Shown piece after piece: positions 55,020 to 64,000 of a stretch of DNA of 64,000 bases. Within the stretch, counting starts at the first letter, position 1; each line of letters begins with the position of its first letter. The DNA lies in assembly GCA_963771175.1 (NCBI GenBank), contig CAVYSY010000033.1:384001-448000 (forward strand), written 5' to 3'. The position numbers and the translations under genes were made by a program. The stretch comes from an uncultured delta proteobacterium (GTDB taxonomy: Bacteria; Myxococcota; Myxococcia; Myxococcales; Myxococcaceae). The notes under the pieces were generated by a model that was not told where the DNA came from, searched no databases, and saw nothing but the letters and a program-made list of their open reading frames with translations.

Positions 55020-55700
55020 TCAGCCGCGAGCCGCGCGCTTGCCGCCCCGGGTCTTCGAGCCCCGCCCGGACTTCGCCGGAGACTTGCTGGACTTCGCCGG
55101 AGACTTGCCGAACTTCGCCGGGGACTTGCGCTCGCGAGCCGCCGACTCCTTGGGCTTCGACTTGCGCTTGGTCCGAGCCGGCTTCGCCTTCTTCTCCTCT
55201 TCCTGCTTCAGGGGAACGAGGATGGTGCCACGGCATTTGGCGGTGCCACAGCGGCAGACGTAGAGCGCCTCCTCCTCCGGACCCATGCCCTCGGTGCGGT
55301 CGTAGGAGTAGTCGTAGTTGAGCTCCTCGCCCACGGCGATGTCGCGCAGGGAGTAGATGTAGATGCGGTCCCCCTCCATGAAGGCCTGGCAGTTGGGGTC
55401 GCACGCGTGGTTGATGAAGCGCGCGTCGTTGCCCTCATGAGCCGCGTCGATGACCGTGTCCTCGTCCACGTTGAAGAGGAAGGTGTGGTGACGCGACATG
55501 GAGGTGTCGTCGTAGCGTTCGTCCGCCGTGGCCTGGGAGATGCGCTCGCCGACGTACTCGATGATGCGCGCACCCTTGCGGATGGCACGCGTGGCGAAGG
55601 CGCCGAGCCCCTGGATGGACGAGGGCCGCAGCTCGAAGGGCTGGGGCGTGAGGGTGGGCATCTTGCGGGAGGAGGGCTTCTTGGTGGTGGGAGCTGGCAT
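55020..55700 (-). CDS. SET-domain lysine methyltransferase with post-SET and a basic tail
   Basis: GLGAFA, RFINHACDPN, EELNYDY, CRCGTAKC. Confidence 0.93.
   Translation of the reverse strand: MPAPTTKKPSSRKMPTLTPQPFELRPSSIQGLGAFATRAIRKGARIIEYVGERISQATADERYDDTSMSRHHTFLFNVDEDTVIDAAHEGNDARFINHACDPNCQAFMEGDRIYIYSLRDIAVGEELNYDYSYDRTEGMGPEEEALYVCRCGTAKCRGTILVPLKQEEEKKAKPARTKRKSKPKESAARERKSPAKFGKSPAKSSKSPAKSGRGSKTRGGKRAARG
55068..55130 (-). repeat. 3 x 21-bp repeat encoding KSPAK units
   Basis: ggacttcgccggagacttgct / ggacttcgccggagacttgcc / gaacttcgccggggacttgcg. Confidence 0.9.
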
Positions 55701-55780
55701 CGGAAGTAGAGACGCGCCGGGAAAGGCGCGGTAGGTTGCCGCCGTCGGACCTCTCCCTGGATGAAGAAAGGTGCTCGGCG

Positions 55781-56152
55781 ATGCGGCTGTGGCTCATTCT
55801 CGGCGCGGCAAGCGCGTTTCTGTCTGTTGCGGCGGGAGCATTTGGCGCGCACGCCCTGCGGGCAAGGCTCGCCCCGGACCTCCTGACCATCTTCGAAACG
55901 GGCGCGCGCTACCACATGTATCACTCGTTGGGGCTGATCGCGATTGGACTGCTATCGCAGTTCCGCCCCAGCCCCCTGTTGAACGGAGCGGGCTGGGCGA
56001 TGAGCGCGGGCATCCTCCTCTTCTCGGGCAGCCTGTACGTGCTGGCGCTCTCCGGCGTGCGCGCGCTGGGCGCCATCACCCCGTTCGGGGGGCTCGGCTT
56101 CCTCGCCGGCTGGCTGCTGTTCGCCATCGCCGCCTGGCGGCAGACGGGTTGA
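55781..56152 (+). CDS. DUF423 (YgdD/TMEM256) membrane protein
   Basis: GAFGAH, YHMYH, LFSGSLY, ITPFGG. Confidence 0.93.
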   Translation: MRLWLILGAASAFLSVAAGAFGAHALRARLAPDLLTIFETGARYHMYHSLGLIAIGLLSQFRPSPLLNGAGWAMSAGILLFSGSLYVLALSGVRALGAITPFGGLGFLAGWLLFAIAAWRQTG

Positions 56153-56282
56153 GCCGGAGGAGAGCACGAATCAGGTTTGCATCCAGGGGAGCGCCCCGTA
56201 AGGTAGGGTGACCCGACAGGGAGGGAGCATCGACCGCGACAGGTCGGAGCACCCGCCCTGCTCTTTCGCCTACGTGCCCCTC

Positions 56283-56651
56283 ATGGACGAGACGTTGCAA
56301 CCCAGGCTTGGCGTGGAGCTCCGCAGGGCCCGGGTGCGCCTGGATCTCACCCAGGAGCAGGTGGCCAGGGCGGTGGGTTTCGTCCCGGTGGTCTATGGGC
56401 GCATCGAGCGCGGAGACATGCTGCCCAGCGTCCCCAAGCTGAGGGACTTGTGCACCACCCTGGGCCTCTCGGCCGATGTGCTCCTCTCGTTGCGCTCCCC
56501 GGAGGGCACGCCCCAGGAACAGCCTCCGACGTCCGCGCCAGACCAGTCCCCGGAGTTCCGGCGACTCACCATGCTCGTGCGCGAGCTGCCACCCGACAGG
56601 CTCGACCTGTTCCGCATCGTGCTCGAGTCGCTCATCTCCAAAGAGGAGTGA
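56283..56651 (+). CDS. XRE-family HTH transcriptional regulator
   Basis: LTQEQVA...VYGRIERGDMLPSV...LGLSADVLL. Confidence 0.88.
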   Translation: MDETLQPRLGVELRRARVRLDLTQEQVARAVGFVPVVYGRIERGDMLPSVPKLRDLCTTLGLSADVLLSLRSPEGTPQEQPPTSAPDQSPEFRRLTMLVRELPPDRLDLFRIVLESLISKEE

Positions 56652-56755
56652 GGCGGGGAACGCACGGAGGGATGTTGGGTGGATGCACTTCCCCGTGCAT
56701 GCGCGAGGCGCCCGTGGGTGGGTCATGTTAGTCTACACCACCTTGGAGGTGGTGC

Positions 56756-58791
56756 ATGAGGGAGGCCGAGGAGAGGGGCCAGGACACCGGGGCGAGAAAG
56801 CCGTCGCGGCGCCGACTGCCGCGGGAGGCAGCCAGAACACCGGTGGAGGAGCAACTGCCGCCCCTGGGCACGGAGGTGGGGGGATTCCGGCTGGAGGCGA
56901 AGCTGGGAGAGGGAGGCTTCGGCACCGTGTACCTGGCCTGGCGCGGCGGCAGGCCGTACGCCGTCAAGTTCCTCTACCTGCCGGCGGTCGAGCCCTGGGC
57001 ATGGCGCGAGCTGGAGGTGATGCTGCAACTGCGACGAGCGGGGTGGGTGGTGGTGGAGGGCCATGGCCGCTGGCCGGACAGGGCCCCGCGCTTCCTCTTC
57101 CTGGTCATGCCGTACGTGCGCGGTACGCCCCTGTTCGACTGGGCCCGGGAGAAGAATCCCAACGCGCGGCAGGTGGTCGAGGTGGCGGTGCCGCTGGCCG
57201 GCAGCTCGGGGCGGTGCACCGGGCGGGCGTGGTGCACCGGGACGTGAAGGGCGCCAACGTGCTGGTGCGAGAGAAGGATGGGCAGCCCGTGCTGGTGGAC
57301 TTCGGCGTGGGCACCTACCCGGGGGCGCCGGAAGTCACCCTCCCCTTCATGCCTCCGGGCACCGCGCTCTACCGCAGCCCCGAGGTGATTCGCTTCCGGC
57401 GGCGGACGCTGGGGGACGAGCGCTACCCGTCCACGCCCGGGGACGACTTGTGGGCCCTGGGTGTCCTGCTCTACTGGCTGCTCACGGGCGACTACCCCTT
57501 CCAGGGCCGTGACGCGGGCGACCTGGCCGAAGCCATCCTCCGCTCCGCCCCCGTTCCGCCGCACGAGCGCAACCCACGCGTGCCCCGGGCGCTGAGCGAG
57601 GTGTGCCTGCGCATGCTGGAGAAGGCCCGCGAGGCACGCTACCCGGACGCCGAGGCCGTGGCCGTGGCCCTGGAGGCGGCACTGGCGGGGGCGGACGCGA
57701 GCTGGGAGGTGCCACTGGGCGAGGCGTGGGGCCCGGACAACGCCACCACCCCGGTGGAGGTGAGCCTGGGCATCCACGAGGGGCTGGCGCGCATGCACCG
57801 GGTGGAGGAATACGAGCGGCAACACCTCCGGCGCGGCATGCCCGCCCCCAGGGTGGAGGCCACCACCCTGCTGCCGCCTACCGTGGGCGCGCCATCCACG
57901 GGAGAAGGCACGGACGAGGAGGAGGAGCCCCCTGCCCCCGAGCCGCGGACACGGGCCTTCCCCTGGCGAGCATTCGGAGGGGCCGTGCTGGCGCTGCTGC
58001 TGGCCTGCATGGCCGGGCTCGCCGTCTGGCATTTCCGAGTCGGCACGGAGCCAACGCCGCCCGTGACGACTTTTCCGGTGACCCCCGCATCCACCACGCC
58101 GGAGGTCAGAAAAGTGGCGCCCGCGAGCAAGCCGCTGGAAGGTAGTGCGGACGCAGCGCCCTCGCGGGCTCCCACCCCTGCGCCCGTCGCCAGCGCGACG
58201 CTCCCCAAGGAAGACACGCGCGTGAAGACTTCACGGAAGGCTCCCACCCCGGAGAAGAAGCAGCAGAAGATGAAGGACACGTGCTCCATGGCCATGAAGG
58301 CCGGTGCGCTCGCCACCGGCACCGTCCTCTCGGCCTGTGCTGGCCCCACTCACGTCCCCCTCGCGCGCCCCATGCCTCCGCCCACCGAGTGCCCGCGCGG
58401 TGCCGTGGAGACCATGAAGGAGCTGGGCTTGCGAATTGGAGCGAGGCAGGACGCCGAGCTCCTCGGTGGGTATCTTTCCGAAGAGCTCCGTTACCAGCCC
58501 GTGCGTGAGGGCCCGGGCTCCGTGATGCTCCTCGATGAGACCGATACGAAGTTGCCAGATGGCACCCTTATCGTCGGAGAGTTCTTCTTTGGGAGGGACC
58601 GCGTCTACGGTCGCTTCACCCAGGCCCAAACACCCGGCGGTGTGACGTACCCAGTCTGCATGGAGCTCATCGGCAGGACGGACGTCGCCGGCATCGGCGT
58701 CAGCATCGACGAGCTGATACCAGGCGACGGTCCGGGCACCGCCAAGCTCTTTTTCTCCCAGGGCGCGAGAGCCGTGGAGCGTTTCGAGTAG
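56756..58791 (+). CDS. Membrane Ser/Thr protein kinase, frameshift at ~57200
   Basis: LGEGGFGTV, AVK, HRDVKGAN, DFG, GTALYRSPE, DLWALG, TM. Confidence 0.9.
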
Positions 58792-58886
58792 GACCGAGCG
58801 GCGGAAGGCCGAATCAGGGCAGACGACGTGGGAGTCAACGTCAGAGGTCCCTGCTAATGTAGGTCACTCCGGAGGTCACCCTGCCC

Positions 58887-59816
58887 ATGCCCGCCCTGTC
58901 CGCCACTCCCCTGTTATTCGCGATCCTCACCGGTACGCCCGGCCCCGCCCAGCCCGCCTCCGAAGTCTGGGAGGCGGTGGGCGCGCACCATGTGGGAGTG
59001 AGGGCGGACACCGCCGGGCAGGAGCAGGAGGTGGTCATCAGCCCCCTTCTCTCCACCACCTTCTTCTTCAACTCGCCCCTGCTGCGAGGCGGGGTCGTGG
59101 TGCAACAGCGCGAGCTCTTCCAACTGGTGACGGTGGACGAGACCAACAGCGTGGTCACCCTCCTGCCCTCCAGCAGGTTGCCACTGGGAAGCAAGTTGCT
59201 GCTGACGGTGCGCTTCGCGGATGGTGCGGTGCCCGAGAGCACCTCCTTCCGGTTGGTGGCACACCCCACCCGGGCAGAGCCCCAGGTCAATGTGTACCGC
59301 CAGCCCCGCTCCGGCGAGTCCTACCAATTGGAAGCGCGGCAGGAACGTGAGCGGGCCGAGCGATGCGGGGCGGAGTTGGCACGGACCCAAGCGGAGCAGC
59401 AGCACCCCGGGGGCCTCGTGGGCCTGCTCGTGGAGAGGCTGATGACTAACGGGGAGGGCATCAAAGGGCAGGATATTTCCACGACCTCCATCCAGCGTCC
59501 TGACGAAGCCCTTCGGGCGAGGTCCGTCTTCAGCTACCGCGCCCAGGGTCGGGTGGCGATGGATCTGTCGGTGAACAACCTGAGCACCCAGTCCTGGAGG
59601 GTGGACGGGGACGGGGTGCGACTGGTGAGCAGGGAGGGCGTGCGGCTGCGGGTGCTGCAGGTGTGGCCGCTGGAGTCCATCCCCTTGAGCGGGCAGGGCC
59701 GAGTGAGGGTGGAGGCAGAGGCCACCGAGGAGCAGGCCCGGGGCACCTACGTGCTCAAGCTGGGGGAAGCGAACGGCTCACGCACCATCACCCTGCGCGG
59801 TGTGACGTTCCCCTGA
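58887..59816 (+). CDS. DUF2381-family protein (myxobacterial paralogous family)
   Basis: VISP..TTFFFNS, VRFADGAVP, AEPQVNVYR, ends GVTFP; follows a Ser/Thr kinase as is typical. Confidence 0.85.
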   Translation: MPALSATPLLFAILTGTPGPAQPASEVWEAVGAHHVGVRADTAGQEQEVVISPLLSTTFFFNSPLLRGGVVVQQRELFQLVTVDETNSVVTLLPSSRLPLGSKLLLTVRFADGAVPESTSFRLVAHPTRAEPQVNVYRQPRSGESYQLEARQERERAERCGAELARTQAEQQHPGGLVGLLVERLMTNGEGIKGQDISTTSIQRPDEALRARSVFSYRAQGRVAMDLSVNNLSTQSWRVDGDGVRLVSREGVRLRVLQVWPLESIPLSGQGRVRVEAEATEEQARGTYVLKLGEANGSRTITLRGVTFP

Positions 59817-59851
59817 AGCGAGGCCCGAACTTGTCGAAGCTCCCCGGGCCC

Positions 59852-60160
59852 CTATTCCACGGAAGCAGGAAGGCGGTAGAGCTCGTAGATGTCGCCGTGG
59901 TGCCGCAGGCCCATGGCCTCGCGCTGGACGATGAGGTACCAGCGCTGCTTCTCCGCCTCCGCGCGCAGTACCCGGTGCCGCTCCATGAACCGGGTCCGCG
60001 TCGAGCCACTCAGTCCGTGCAGGGCCCGCTCGGTCTGCTCCAGCTCCGCCAGCAGCGACTCCAGCCGCTGGGCCACCCGCCGCATCGCGGAGGCCTTCTC
60101 CGACTGAATCTCCACCTCGATGGAGAGCACACTGTCCGGGGACTTGGGGCGCGAGGACAT
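59852..60160 (-). CDS. Small helical hypothetical protein (DUF6665-like)
   Basis: EIQSEKASA...WYLIVQREAMGL. Confidence 0.7.
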   Translation of the reverse strand: MSSRPKSPDSVLSIEVEIQSEKASAMRRVAQRLESLLAELEQTERALHGLSGSTRTRFMERHRVLRAEAEKQRWYLIVQREAMGLRHHGDIYELYRLPASVE

Positions 60161-60209
60161 GGAAATGACCTAATCCCCACCTCCTGGGACGGCAACCGGC
60201 GCGGGCGCG

Positions 60210-60656
60210 TCAGTGCGGCGCCGGCGGTGTCGGCTCTTCTTCCGGCAGGGATACCTCCTGCGCCACCTTCTGGCGCACGAGGCGCCGGGTGGCGGTCTCC
60301 TCCTCCTCCGTCCGCTGGCGCCGCCGCACCAGCCCCTGCGACTCGTCCACGAACCAGAAGAGGACCCGGTAGAAGGCCGCGATGACGGTGAGGAGGATGG
60401 ACGACAGGAACCAGCTCAGCACGCTCCCCAGCCAGCCGCCCACCACCACCCGAATGGGATAGATGCCCGTGAGCGGCACCAGCACGAAGGCCACGTAGTG
60501 CGAGACACAGTAGGGACAGGACACCAGGTAACCCAACCAGGTCTCCTTGCCGCCGAGCTTCTCGCGCAAGGGCTCGAAGATGCGCTCCTTGGTAAGGGTC
60601 TGGGACAGGCCCATCACCACCGCGGCCACCGCGAAGAGCTGGAAGAGGTCCGTCAT
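60210..60656 (-). CDS. DUF1360-like membrane protein
   Basis: ERIFEPLR, LVSCPYCVSHY, TMs. Confidence 0.75.
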   Translation of the reverse strand: MTDLFQLFAVAAVVMGLSQTLTKERIFEPLREKLGGKETWLGYLVSCPYCVSHYVAFVLVPLTGIYPIRVVVGGWLGSVLSWFLSSILLTVIAAFYRVLFWFVDESQGLVRRRQRTEEEETATRRLVRQKVAQEVSLPEEEPTPPAPH

Positions 60657-60713
60657 CTCACCCAAGGTGGTGACGGACCCCACGGGGAAGGAGGCAGCCC
60701 GGGCGGCAGGCGC

Positions 60714-62636
60714 TCAGCGGGTGCGCCGCTCGGGCCGCTCGCGCGCCTCGGTCTGCTTGCGGCGCGAGGCCTCGGCGGCGGTCTCCGGAGGCACCAGCGC
60801 CCGCGGGCCCCGGCCGATGAGGTCCTCCCGGCCGGCCTGCACCAGCGCCTCGCGCGCCAGCGGCCAGTGCTCGGGGTTCCAGTAGAGCAGCAGCGCCTTC
60901 TGCAGCCGCTTCTCGCGCAGCCCCTTGGCCGTGTAGACGGGCTCCATCTTCATCGGGTCATAGCCCGAGTAGTACATGGCCGTGGCCATCGCCATGGGCG
61001 TGGGGATGAAGTCCTGCACCTGGCGCGGGCGCTTGCCGTTCTGCTTCAGCCACAGCGCCAGCTCCACCATGTCCTCCAGCGTCGAGCCCGGGTGGCCGCT
61101 GATGAAGTAGGGAATGTCGTACTGCTCCTTGCCCGCCTCCTCGCTCGCGCAGGCGAACATGTTCTGGAAGCGCTCGAAGCTCTCGATTCCGGGCTTCTTC
61201 ATCTTCTCCAGCACCCGGGGCGACACGTGCTCGGGCGCCACCGAGAGCTGGCCGCCCACGTGGTGCGCGGCGAGCTCCTTCACGTACTCGGGCGAGCGCT
61301 CGGCCAGGTCGTAGCGCACCCCGCTGGCGATGAAGACGTGCTTCACGCCCGGCTCCTCGCGCACCTCGCGCATCAGGTCGATGAGCGGCCCGTGGTCCGT
61401 CTGCAGGTTCTCGCAGACGCCCGGGTGCACGCACGAGAGCTTGCGGCACTTGCGCTCGATGTCCGGGCTCTTGCACTTGAGCTTGTACATGTTGGCCGTG
61501 GGGCCACCGAGGTCGGTGATCGTGCCGCGGAAGTCCCCCATGCGCCGCAGCGCCCGCACCTCGCGCAGCACGCTCTCCGCGCTGCGGCTCTGGATGACGC
61601 GCCCCTCGTGCTCGGTGATGGAGCAGAAGGTGCAGCCGCCGAAGCAGCCGCGCATCAGCACGATGGAGTGCTTCACCGTCTCGTAGGCGGGGATGCGCTC
61701 CCTGTACATGGGGTGCGGGACGCGGTTGAAGGGCAGGTCGTAGAGCTCGTCCATCGCCACCGGTCGCTCCGGGCCTCCCCGTCCTCCAGCGGCAGCGCCG
61801 GCGGGTTCAAGTAGATGGCGCGGTTGCCGTGGCGCTGCGCGAGCGGCCGCGCGTTGCCCGGGTTGGTCTCCAGCTGGAAGTCGCGCGACATGAGCGCGAA
61901 GGCCCGCTTGTCCGCGATGACCTCCTCGTACGAGGGCAGCACCACCGTCTTGCGATCCGCGGCCCGCTTCGCCGGATCCGCCTCGTGCGCCTTCATCTCC
62001 GCGTCGTTGATGAGGTACGCGGTGCCGCGCACGTCGCGGATGTCTTCAACCTTCTCGCCCCGACGCAGGCGGTCGGCCACCTCCCAGACGGGGCGCTCGC
62101 CCATGCCGAAGACGAGCAGGTCCGCCTTGGCGTCGAGGAGGATGGAGCGGCGCACCTTGTCGCTCCAGTAGTCGTAGTGGGCGATGCGGCGCAGCGAGGC
62201 CTCGATGCCGCCGAGGACGATGGGCACGTCCGGGTACGCCTCGCGGCAGCGCTGGGCGTAGACGATGGTGGCCCGGTCCGGCCGGCAGTCGGTGGCGCCC
62301 GCCCGGGCTGTACTGGTCCTCGGAGCGGTTCTTCTTCTGCGCGGTCAGCCGGTTGAGCATCGAGTCGAGGTTGCCGGCGGCCACGCCGAAGAAGAGCCGC
62401 GGCTTGCCGAGCGCCTTGAAGGGCTCGGCCGAGTGCCAGTCCGGCTGGGGGATGATGCCCACCTTGAACCCGCGCCCTTCGAGGAAGCGGGCGATGAGGA
62501 CCGGGCCGAACGCGGGATGGTCCACGTACGCGTCCCCGGTGACGATGATGATGTCGAGCTGGTCCCAGCCCCGCGCCTGCATGTCGGCTCGGGTGACGGG
62601 AAGGAAGGGATGCGCGTAGCGAATCTGTGTGGCCAT
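60714..62636 (-). CDS. ygiQ: YgiQ/UPF0313 radical SAM protein, frameshifts at ~62300 and ~61770
   Basis: [47 protein letters not shown]. Confidence 0.92.
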
Positions 62637-62655
62637 GGGGGTACCCAACCCTCCC

Positions 62656-63885
62656 CTAACCGCTGATACGGGCAAGACGCAAATGCCCGCTGCCCGAAAA
62701 AGCGTCCGCCCCGCCTCCAGCCAGCTTGGAGAGCTTCAGCCTCCGGCTTGCATCTGCTCGTGGAGAGGCCTCGCGACGCCGCAACACGGAGAGTGCAAGC
62801 CCCCCGAGTGTGCTCACGCCCATGCCCGCGCAGACCGAGAGCGCCGGCAGGACGAGCAGAAGATACTGGGCCCACTTGGTGGGCCAGAGCACCAGGAACA
62901 CCAGCCCCACGCCGGCCCACATGGCCCACACGGGACGCTGGCGCCACGTGGCCCGCGCTCCGAGGGCGGCCAGAGGCAGCAGCACCCACGTCGTGGCCCC
63001 GGTGGCGAAGACGCCCTCGTGCCACTGCGTGGGAGTCGCATGCGTCAGGTGGTAGAGCGGCTGATACCAGGGCAGTGCCGAGCGCACCACGTGCTCGCCG
63101 TGCGAGTAGCGCCAGTGGAACGTGAGGGACTCCCACAACAGCCCCACCGGGTCCGGCCAGAGGGCCGGGTGCGCGAGCAGGAACATCCCCGCCGCCGGGA
63201 GCACGAGCGCGGCCCAGACCCGGCCCCAGGCGCGCCCGTACCACACCAGGAACGGCAGGAAGGCCAGCCCGGCCACCATGGCGTAGGGGTACTTGCCCGC
63301 GGCCGCGAGACCCAGCAGCCCTCCAGAGAGCGCCAGCCACCCGAGCTGGAATGGAGCCCCCTGCCCCGAGGCGGTCCGGCGGGAGCGCTCGAACGCCAGC
63401 ACGGCGAGAATCGCGAAGAGGCCCGGAACTCCCTCCAGGTAGGCCTGGGAGGTGTACTTCGCGTGGTACGAGTCCAGGGCGAGCAGCAGCGCCCCCACTG
63501 GATTCGCCAGTCCCGTGAGCCCCACCTGGAGGATGCCCGTCACCGCGGACAACCAGCGGGTCAGCCGAAAGGCCGGCGCGGCGGGCTCGGGGATGGGGCG
63601 GCCCACGCGCACCGTCTTCCACTCGGGCTCGGGGGTGCCGGTCGCCAGCAATTCCGCGGCGAACAGGAGCTTCACCATCGGTGGGTGCTCGAAGTTCTCC
63701 CGGTAGGACGCCACCTCGCTCCACCGGCCTCCGGCCACCCTCTCCGCGTAGCGGTACGCTACCGGGAGGTAGACGAGCTCGTCGAAGTCCGGCGGGAGCC
63801 GCTCCACCGCCCGAGCGCGCTGCCAGACGGCCGCGAGGAGAGCGAGGAGCAGGGTCGCGAGGGCCAGGAGGCGTTTCGACGACAT
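62656..63885 (-). CDS. Polytopic membrane protein, GT-C (ArnT/PMT-like) glycosyltransferase
   Basis: DFDE after TM1, [12 protein letters not shown], many TMs; 3' end uncertain. Confidence 0.72.
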   Translation of the reverse strand: MSSKRLLALATLLLALLAAVWQRARAVERLPPDFDELVYLPVAYRYAERVAGGRWSEVASYRENFEHPPMVKLLFAAELLATGTPEPEWKTVRVGRPIPEPAAPAFRLTRWLSAVTGILQVGLTGLANPVGALLLALDSYHAKYTSQAYLEGVPGLFAILAVLAFERSRRTASGQGAPFQLGWLALSGGLLGLAAAGKYPYAMVAGLAFLPFLVWYGRAWGRVWAALVLPAAGMFLLAHPALWPDPVGLLWESLTFHWRYSHGEHVVRSALPWYQPLYHLTHATPTQWHEGVFATGATTWVLLPLAALGARATWRQRPVWAMWAGVGLVFLVLWPTKWAQYLLLVLPALSVCAGMGVSTLGGLALSVLRRREASPRADASRRLKLSKLAGGGADAFSGSGHLRLARISG

Positions 63886-63952
63886 GGCCGCCACAGATAG
63901 CACAGTTCCCCCCGGACCCCCTCTGGAGTGATAGAGGCCCGGGCACCTCCCC

Positions 63953-64000
63953 ATGACGCACCCGCCCAAGACGATCGTCTTCGACCTCGACGGCACGCTG
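63953..64000 (+). CDS. HAD-family hydrolase, 5' fragment
   Basis: MTHPPKTIVFDLDGTL (HAD motif I). Confidence 0.8.
   Translation, partial: MTHPPKTIVFDLDGTL

Overview
High-GC myxobacterial chromosome segment; gene content (DUF2381/Ser-Thr kinase module, double-length UvrA, many FHA proteins) suggests Archangium/Cystobacter-like. In order: (1) a multidomain REC-Hpt-REC-REC regulator, a probable internally deleted IS4-type element and a RibD/DHFR-family gene; (2) a translationally coupled five-gene minus-strand operon (3403-11585) encoding Zn-ribbon-FHA, vWA-stalk-TM-FHA, PP2C-TM and two single-pass proteins with paralogous C-terminal halves, one carrying a MIDAS vWA domain. This is the best candidate for an undescribed surface-sensing phospho-Thr signalling system; (3) a frameshift-riddled plus-strand block (12.2-24.9 kb) with ldhA-pyk-adh-glk-pfk and a NodT-HlyD-RbbA-YhhJ exporter; (4) uvrA, P450, S1 protease, hybrid kinase, a co-oriented peptidase cluster with two paralogous Tiki/ChaN-fold lipoproteins, a desaturase, TlpA, an ECF operon and cysE-cysK; (5) a putative lipoprotein toxin/immunity pair with a deleted second copy about 9 kb away, a SET-domain protein with a histone-like tail, an XRE-kinase-DUF2381 module, ygiQ and a GT-C-like protein. 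Many genes are split by single-base indels, which are probably sequencing errors. No rRNA, tRNA or CRISPR array was seen. All family calls come from motif recognition by eye, not database searches.
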